DNA of 64,000 nucleotides from Bdellovibrionales bacterium. Its GTDB lineage: Bacteria; Bdellovibrionota; Bdellovibrionia; Bdellovibrionales; JAGQZY01. Each line of letters begins with the position of its first letter. Position 1 is the first letter of the stretch. Under the pieces are notes generated by a model. It saw only the letters and a list, made by a program, of their open reading frames with translations. It did no database searches and was not told where the DNA came from. The stretch spans positions 480,001 to 544,000 of the forward strand of contig CAXRHT010000001.1 of assembly GCA_964230645.1 (NCBI GenBank), written 5' to 3'. This document shows, piece after piece, positions 58,428 to 64,000 of this stretch. The translations under genes and the position numbers were made by a program.

Positions 58428-59411
58428 CTAAGGTAGATTCTTCACAACGTCGCGGTACTCTAAGGCTGTTTCCCAGAAAATATCCTGTATACTTTTCACA
58501 TTCTCAATATTTCCAACACCGTGACCGGCACTGTAGGTGTTTTTATAAGAGAGTTTCTGGTCGGGGTTACCTAGAAGGGCCCTCCCAGCTCTAAATAAAG
58601 AGACCGCTCTTTTAACCTTTTTGCTCTGACTGAGGACATTGTCCACCACATTGGGTTTGAGTAATTTTTTTATCTCTTCGGTTTTTATAAAATTTCCAGG
58701 GAACCCGTCCACACGATCGGTGTTGACGATGTCGTCGCAACCCGCCTCTAGAATAGCGTCCTTATACTCATTTTTGACTTGAGCTTCCTTGCTGGCAATA
58801 ACTCGAGTGCCCATATAAATTCCATCGGCCCCTAAACTCAAAGCGGCCGCCATTGAACCACCGTCATTCATACAGCCAGCCGCGATTAAGGGTAAATCAA
58901 TATGTTTTTTTAAATAGGGGATCAGTGCAAATAAAGAGGTGTCCCCAGCATGGCCACCGGCCCCACTTCCAACCGCGATCAATCCATGGGCTCCTTGGTC
59001 GGCCACCTTTTTAGCGTGAGTCAGCCCCACAACATCACAGAAAATTTTAGTTTTTGTTCCCTCCGCCCTTTTGATTAAATTTTTCGGGCTTCCAAGTGAA
59101 GTAATGATAAGAGGGACTTCGTTTTCTAGAGCGATATCAATCTGTTGTTCTTGGAAGCGATTGGATTTTTGAACAATAATGTTAATCCCAAAAGGCTTGC
59201 CCGAAAGACTCTCTGTGAGACCTTTTACTACTTCTTCAAATTTTTCAATCGGCCTATAATTAAGGGCTGGAAAGCACCCAAGTCCACCCGCTTGAGCAGA
59301 AGCCTCGACCATCTTCTGATTGCTTACTAAAAACATAGGAGCACTCAAAATGGGATAATCGATATTAAACATTTCCGTGATAGCAGTTGGGATTTTTGCT
59401 GGTTTTTCCAC
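58428..59411 (-). CDS. Nitronate monooxygenase/FabK-like flavoprotein
   Basis: APMFLVS, GAGGHAG, AAG and MGTR motifs; GTG start after AGGAG. Confidence 0.9.
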   Translation of the reverse strand: MEKPAKIPTAITEMFNIDYPILSAPMFLVSNQKMVEASAQAGGLGCFPALNYRPIEKFEEVVKGLTESLSGKPFGINIIVQKSNRFQEQQIDIALENEVPLIITSLGSPKNLIKRAEGTKTKIFCDVVGLTHAKKVADQGAHGLIAVGSGAGGHAGDTSLFALIPYLKKHIDLPLIAAGCMNDGGSMAAALSLGADGIYMGTRVIASKEAQVKNEYKDAILEAGCDDIVNTDRVDGFPGNFIKTEEIKKLLKPNVVDNVLSQSKKVKRAVSLFRAGRALLGNPDQKLSYKNTYSAGHGVGNIENVKSIQDIFWETALEYRDVVKNLP

Positions 59412-59507
59412 TTTGGATATACTCCTATATTTACATTACAAAATCATTTCGGTATCTTTTATAGCAGACTTTGTCTTGAAGTTGTATGAAAGCTTTCAAC
59501 TAGAAGG

Positions 59508-60011
59508 GTGGCTATGAAATTGAATATCAAAGATCAACTGGATGCCTATCTGCCCGAAAAAACCAAGGCCAACCTTCTACTCAAAGCCTTTAGCTTGGGT
59601 AAGGTGCCTCTATTGTTCTTGACAGGAGCATCCATTCAATCGATTGATGTTAATCACTGCCAGATTAAAATGCCATTTAACAAGCTTATTAAAAATCACC
59701 TGGGCAGTGTGTACTTTGGTGCCCTAGCTATTGGCGCGGATGCTTGTGTGGGATTTTTAGCGGCCTACCAAATTGAGAAGACTCAGAGGCCTATAAGTTT
59801 GGTTTTTAAATCTTTCGAAGCGCAATTTTTGAAGCGAGCCGAGGGCCCTACTATTTTTTCGTGTGATCAAGGCGAACGAATCAACGAACTCATCCAAAAG
59901 TGCATGAAAACCGGTGAGCGGCACCACGATAAGATTGCAGCCAAAGCTATGTGCCGCGGTGAAATCGTGGCTGAATTTCAGCTCGAACTTTCCTTAAAGA
60001 TTAAAAGCTGA
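59508..60011 (+). CDS. DUF4442/hotdog-fold thioesterase-like protein
   Basis: NHLGSVYFGALAIGAD and FLKRAEG motifs. Confidence 0.85.
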   Translation: MAMKLNIKDQLDAYLPEKTKANLLLKAFSLGKVPLLFLTGASIQSIDVNHCQIKMPFNKLIKNHLGSVYFGALAIGADACVGFLAAYQIEKTQRPISLVFKSFEAQFLKRAEGPTIFSCDQGERINELIQKCMKTGERHHDKIAAKAMCRGEIVAEFQLELSLKIKS

Positions 60012-60181
60012 GTCACCACCCCAACCAAGGGCTAGCTTGAGTAAATAATAGTTATTTTTACAGTGAATAAAGATTCTCATCTCCCACTTTTTTTCGCTCG
60101 ACTTTGGGGAAGAAATTTTAACAAAATTTCTTTTAAATCCCCTCTTTCATGAAAAATCCGACTTAAGCCCAGTTCCTCCGT

Positions 60182-60209
60182 TAAAATTTATCTGAATACG
60201 CCCGATAAG
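60182..60209 (+). promoter_or_regulatory. Sigma28 (FliA)-like promoter
   Basis: TAAA-N15-CCCGATAA, canonical spacing. Confidence 0.65.
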
Positions 60210-60232
60210 TCTTTAAGTTAAAAGCGCTTTTT

Positions 60233-61597
60233 ATGAAATTAAAACTAACATGTATTCTTTTTTTAATCTTATCTGCCTGCGGGATCGACAAAGAAAGTCC
60301 TCCTCCTCTCGCCTCTATTAACAATTCTGGTGAACTTGATCTTAGTTTTTTTAGCAATGGATTTTATAGCCTCGATGGTTCGGCGGGCTTAACAAACAGT
60401 CAAGATGAAATCTTTGATATGGTCATGGATGGGGAGGGACGCATTCTGGCTGTCGGAAGCTCGGTGAACTCCTCTGCTGATCTCGATATGGTCGTGTGGC
60501 GGCTAACAGCTTCTGGAACTTTGGATTCCTCCTTTAGTGGCAACGGCGTCTACAGTCATGACAATGCCGCGGGGGGCTCAGGTGATGACGTCGGTTATTC
60601 AATCACTGTGGATGACTCCAACAATATTTACGTGACCGGAACCTCTATGAATGGATCTGGAAATTTCGATATGGCTGTTTGGAAAATTACTGAAAGTGGC
60701 GCTTTGGACTCAAGTTTTAACGGCACCGGAGTCTTTATCCATGATAACGCCGCTGGTGGAAGCCTCAATGATCAAGGAAATAAAATAAAAATCGATCAAT
60801 CAAACAATATAGTTGTGGTTGGTTACTCGGATCAATCGGCGACCAACCGTGATCTTGCCATTTGGAGAATGAACGAGGCTGGCGTACTCGACCCAACTTT
60901 TGATACCGATGGGATCGTTACCCAAGACGGCTCAGCCGGCGGTGAAGATGACGTTGGAAATTCTTTTGCTTTTGATACCTCTGGAAACTTAGTCGTTGTG
61001 GGCCAAGGGGAATCCGCTTCAAACCCTGGAGATATGGTTGTATGGAAATACACCTCTAGTGGTATCCTTGATACAAGTTTTAATACAACGGGTATATTTT
61101 CACACAACGGCGCCGCTGGGGGCACAGGCTTTGATGCAGCCAACGATCTTGCAATCGACCATGATGGCAACTACATTGTCGCAGGTTACTCTCGAAATGG
61201 CGAAGGTAACACCGATATGACACTGTGGAAGCTCCAACCCGATGGAAGTTTTGATACAAGCTTTGCAAATTCAGGAATAGCTGTATTTGATGTTTCTGAA
61301 ATTCACGGAGGTTCCTCAAACGATACCGCCCAATCGATCCATATCGACGGAGCTAGAAATATTCTTGTGGCCGGAAATGGAAATCAAGACATGTGTATCT
61401 GGAGATTTGAAGAAAATGGCGAGCTCGATACTAACTTTAACGTTGATGGCTTCTTCTCCCATGATTCCGCCGCTGGAGGTTTTGGCATCGACAGTGGATC
61501 GGCTGTTGTTGAAGACATTTTTGAGCGCATCTATATTGGTGGCTCTTCGGAAAACGCCAGTGGCAACTATGATGCGACTTTCTGGAGAATGAAGTAA
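60233..61597 (+). CDS. Delta-60-repeat beta-propeller lipoprotein
   Basis: LSAC lipobox; seven G.LD.(S/T/N)F...G repeats. Confidence 0.88.
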   Translation: MKLKLTCILFLILSACGIDKESPPPLASINNSGELDLSFFSNGFYSLDGSAGLTNSQDEIFDMVMDGEGRILAVGSSVNSSADLDMVVWRLTASGTLDSSFSGNGVYSHDNAAGGSGDDVGYSITVDDSNNIYVTGTSMNGSGNFDMAVWKITESGALDSSFNGTGVFIHDNAAGGSLNDQGNKIKIDQSNNIVVVGYSDQSATNRDLAIWRMNEAGVLDPTFDTDGIVTQDGSAGGEDDVGNSFAFDTSGNLVVVGQGESASNPGDMVVWKYTSSGILDTSFNTTGIFSHNGAAGGTGFDAANDLAIDHDGNYIVAGYSRNGEGNTDMTLWKLQPDGSFDTSFANSGIAVFDVSEIHGGSSNDTAQSIHIDGARNILVAGNGNQDMCIWRFEENGELDTNFNVDGFFSHDSAAGGFGIDSGSAVVEDIFERIYIGGSSENASGNYDATFWRMK

Positions 61598-61780
61598 GCG
61601 CTCCACAGCATTAAATCCCTACATCCCAAACACTACTGCCCATTTTTATAGCATACAGTTTATTAAGAGTGCCTTCTTAGGATTGCTCCTTGCAAGCCCT
61701 CAAAAGTAAAGGTAATTCCTAGGTTTTAAATGGATTTGGGTCTTCCGGGCCCAAGAGTAAATTATAACAAAGGTAGACTC

Positions 61781-63562
61781 ATGCTAAAGAATCTTGTTTT
61801 TATTTTAATGTTCCTCTGTATTAGCTGTACGCAGGAAGCCTCAAAAGAAAAACTATCGACTTCAGAGTTCTTAGAGGAAGCCAACAGCACTTTAAAAAAA
61901 GAATCCTACCTAACGAGTATTGCCCAATGGGTACAATCCAATTTTATCACACCTGACACAACAAAAATCGCAGCGGAATACAACGCCCGTTATTTTGAAA
62001 CCGCCACTAGGCTCGCGATTGAATCCAAGGACTATCGCGGCAAAGATCCAAAGCAGAAACGTATGCTTTCGGAAATATTAAAACATCTTACCGTTCCTTC
62101 CCCACGCAATCCTGCCTTGAATGCAAAATTAGCAAAACTCAGAAGTGAACTCGAAAGTCTTTATGGTAGCGGGAAATATTGTAAGACACCGCAAGACTGC
62201 CAGGGTTTAAAAGAGCTTGAAAAAATTATTGGAGAATCTCGTGACCCCGATGAACTCCTTGAAGCCTGGAACGGTTGGCGCACGATCGCCTACCCAATGA
62301 AGGATAAGTTTATTCAAACCGTCGAGCTTGGAAATCAAGGATCCCGTGATCTTGGCTTTGCTCAAATGTCTAATTTCTGGCGTACAAAATATGATTTAAC
62401 AGCTGATGATTTTGAAAAAGAATTGGACCGCCTATGGGGGGAAGTGAAGCCTTTTTATGAGCAACTGCATTGTTACGTCCGCTCGCAATTAAACAATAAG
62501 TACGGCGATGATGTCGTCCCCATGGATAAAGAAATTCCCGCTCACCTTCTTGGAAATATGTGGGCTCAGTCTTGGGATAAAATAATCGATATTGTTTCAC
62601 CAAAAGAAACTGCAACCGTCGATATTACCAAGCTTCTGGAAAAAAATAATTTTGACTCCAAGAAAATGGTGAAAACGGCCGAGAACTTTTTTGTTTCCCT
62701 CGGAATGCCCGAGCTTCCTAAAAGTTTTTATGAACGATCTCTTTTTGAAAAACCAGAGGATCGTGATGTGGTCTGCCACGCCAGCGCTTGGCATATTGAT
62801 AATGAAGATGATGTACGTATTAAAATGTGCATTGAACCTAACGAAGAAGACTTTCGTACGATTCACCACGAACTCGGTCACATTTATTATTATTTAGCTT
62901 ACAAAGGTCTTCCCTACGTCTTCCAAGGCAGTGCCAATGATGGTTTCCATGAGGCCATCGGCGATACCATTGAGCTTTCAATCACTGGAAAATATTTGAA
63001 AGACATTAATTTACTGTCCGATGAAAAAGCCTTCTCCACAGAAAGTGAGCAGGCTCTGCTACGCCTGGCTCTTGGAAAAGTGGCTTTCTTACCTTTTGGC
63101 CTAATGATTGATAAATGGCGTTGGCAAGTCTTTGATGGTCGCACACCACCCAGCCAGTACAACGAGCATTGGTGGAAATTAAGGCGTAAATATCAGGGTA
63201 TTCGAGCCCCTAACGAGCGTCCCTTACAGGCTTTTGACCCTGGAGCAAAATATCATATCCCAGCCTATACACCCTACTCCCGTTACTTTATTGCCCATAT
63301 TTTACAGTTTCAATTGCATCGCTCTCTTTGTAAAGAAGCCGGACACACTGGCCCCTTACACGAATGCTCCATTTTTAATAGTCAGCAAGCGGGACAACTC
63401 CTTTGGAAAATGATGAAAATGGGAAAAAGCAAGTCGTGGCCGAAGGCTCTTGAAGTGGTAACAGGATCCAAAAAAATGGATGCCTCTGCAATCAGAGACT
63501 ATTTCAAGCCACTGGAAACATGGTTGAAAGCACAAAACAAAAATTTAAAATGTGGTTGGTAG
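61781..63562 (+). CDS. Angiotensin-converting-enzyme-like peptidyl-dipeptidase (M2)
   Basis: HLLGNMWAQ, CHASAW, HHELGH, GFHEAIGD and FDPGAKYH motifs; possible lipobox CISC. ATG 61781 preferred. Confidence 0.96.
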   Translation: MLKNLVFILMFLCISCTQEASKEKLSTSEFLEEANSTLKKESYLTSIAQWVQSNFITPDTTKIAAEYNARYFETATRLAIESKDYRGKDPKQKRMLSEILKHLTVPSPRNPALNAKLAKLRSELESLYGSGKYCKTPQDCQGLKELEKIIGESRDPDELLEAWNGWRTIAYPMKDKFIQTVELGNQGSRDLGFAQMSNFWRTKYDLTADDFEKELDRLWGEVKPFYEQLHCYVRSQLNNKYGDDVVPMDKEIPAHLLGNMWAQSWDKIIDIVSPKETATVDITKLLEKNNFDSKKMVKTAENFFVSLGMPELPKSFYERSLFEKPEDRDVVCHASAWHIDNEDDVRIKMCIEPNEEDFRTIHHELGHIYYYLAYKGLPYVFQGSANDGFHEAIGDTIELSITGKYLKDINLLSDEKAFSTESEQALLRLALGKVAFLPFGLMIDKWRWQVFDGRTPPSQYNEHWWKLRRKYQGIRAPNERPLQAFDPGAKYHIPAYTPYSRYFIAHILQFQLHRSLCKEAGHTGPLHECSIFNSQQAGQLLWKMMKMGKSKSWPKALEVVTGSKKMDASAIRDYFKPLETWLKAQNKNLKCGW

Positions 63563-63706
63563 AAAAAAAATAGTGAAAGCTTTTTTCAGTGGGCTAGAGA
63601 CAAAAGTCCATTGTTTCACCCGACCCAACCCCGTCACACAAGGCTTTGGTTAATATTCACCCAGCGGAATTGACCTTCAAACAAAAGCCTTGTGTACTAT
63701 GGATTC

Positions 63707-64000
63707 GTGAAGCTTTTGTTCTGGTGTTTTTTATTCTTAACTCTACTTTTGCAGGCTTGCGCTAGCACTCCTCCTCCTAAGCCCAAAAAGAAGTTCCTTC
63801 CAAAAAGTCAGTCGAGCTATTCTGATCGCAATTACCGCGTACAAAAGTATAACGATATCGATGTTAATGAACTCCTAGTAGAATTGGGTATGGATCACCC
63901 CATGGAATCGGTTGGCTTCAGGGAAAAATCCTTCAATACCTGTCAAATAGAGTCCAATCATTCTCCGGCCCCTCAGTGCCAACAGCTCTATATTTCTCGC
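63707..64000 (+). CDS. Lipoprotein (runs off the right edge)
   Basis: Not in the ORF track. GTG 63707 gives MKLLFWCFLFLTLLLQACASTPPP..., open to the window end. Confidence 0.75.
   Translation, partial: MKLLFWCFLFLTLLLQACASTPPPKPKKKFLPKSQSSYSDRNYRVQKYNDIDVNELLVELGMDHPMESVGFREKSFNTCQIESNHSPAPQCQQLYISR

Noticed and set aside
63636..63695. 12-bp inverted repeat ACACAAGGCTTT / AAAGCCTTGTGT
   Set aside because: The loop is long, there is no U-tract, and I found no other copy, so no function can be supported.
1..64000. Remaining short antisense or overlapping ORFs; tRNA, rRNA, IS, prophage and defence genes
   Set aside because: The short ORFs shadow well-supported genes, and I found no recognisable RNA-gene, transposase, integrase or phage signatures.

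Overview
A chromosomal segment, most likely from a Bdellovibrionota (Bdellovibrionales-like) bacterium. That assignment is inferred from FQNC/VQNC lipoboxes, many secreted hydrolases, and the dnaJ-dnaK / PilG-like / clpS-clpA / slt / S8 protease / lnt / mutS2 neighbourhood. It has about 50 CDS and no rRNA, tRNA, CRISPR-Cas, transposase or prophage that I can see. Highlights: (1) three GTC-tagged REP doublets flanked by phased 19-22 bp tandem echoes of the REP terminus, mostly decaying outwards; (2) a probable biosynthetic operon with a DarB/StlD-like ketosynthase fused to a heme-oxygenase-like diiron domain, a DUF6999-like protein and an MMPL exporter, bracketed together with a P450 by 80-bp direct repeats of a second repeat family; (3) regulatory motifs readable from sequence: an exactly spaced sigma32-like promoter before dnaK, dnaJ and clpS, sigma28-like CCGATA boxes, and a GTYTCA-N3-TGARAC palindrome clustering near a stand-alone Fis-type HTH gene; (4) two sRNA candidates, a ~196-nt hairpin element, a recurring R-x-[PVIL]-A-S protein motif, a tandem PBECR2-like protein and a coiled-coil/Hsp20 fusion. 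All family calls are by eye, without database searches.
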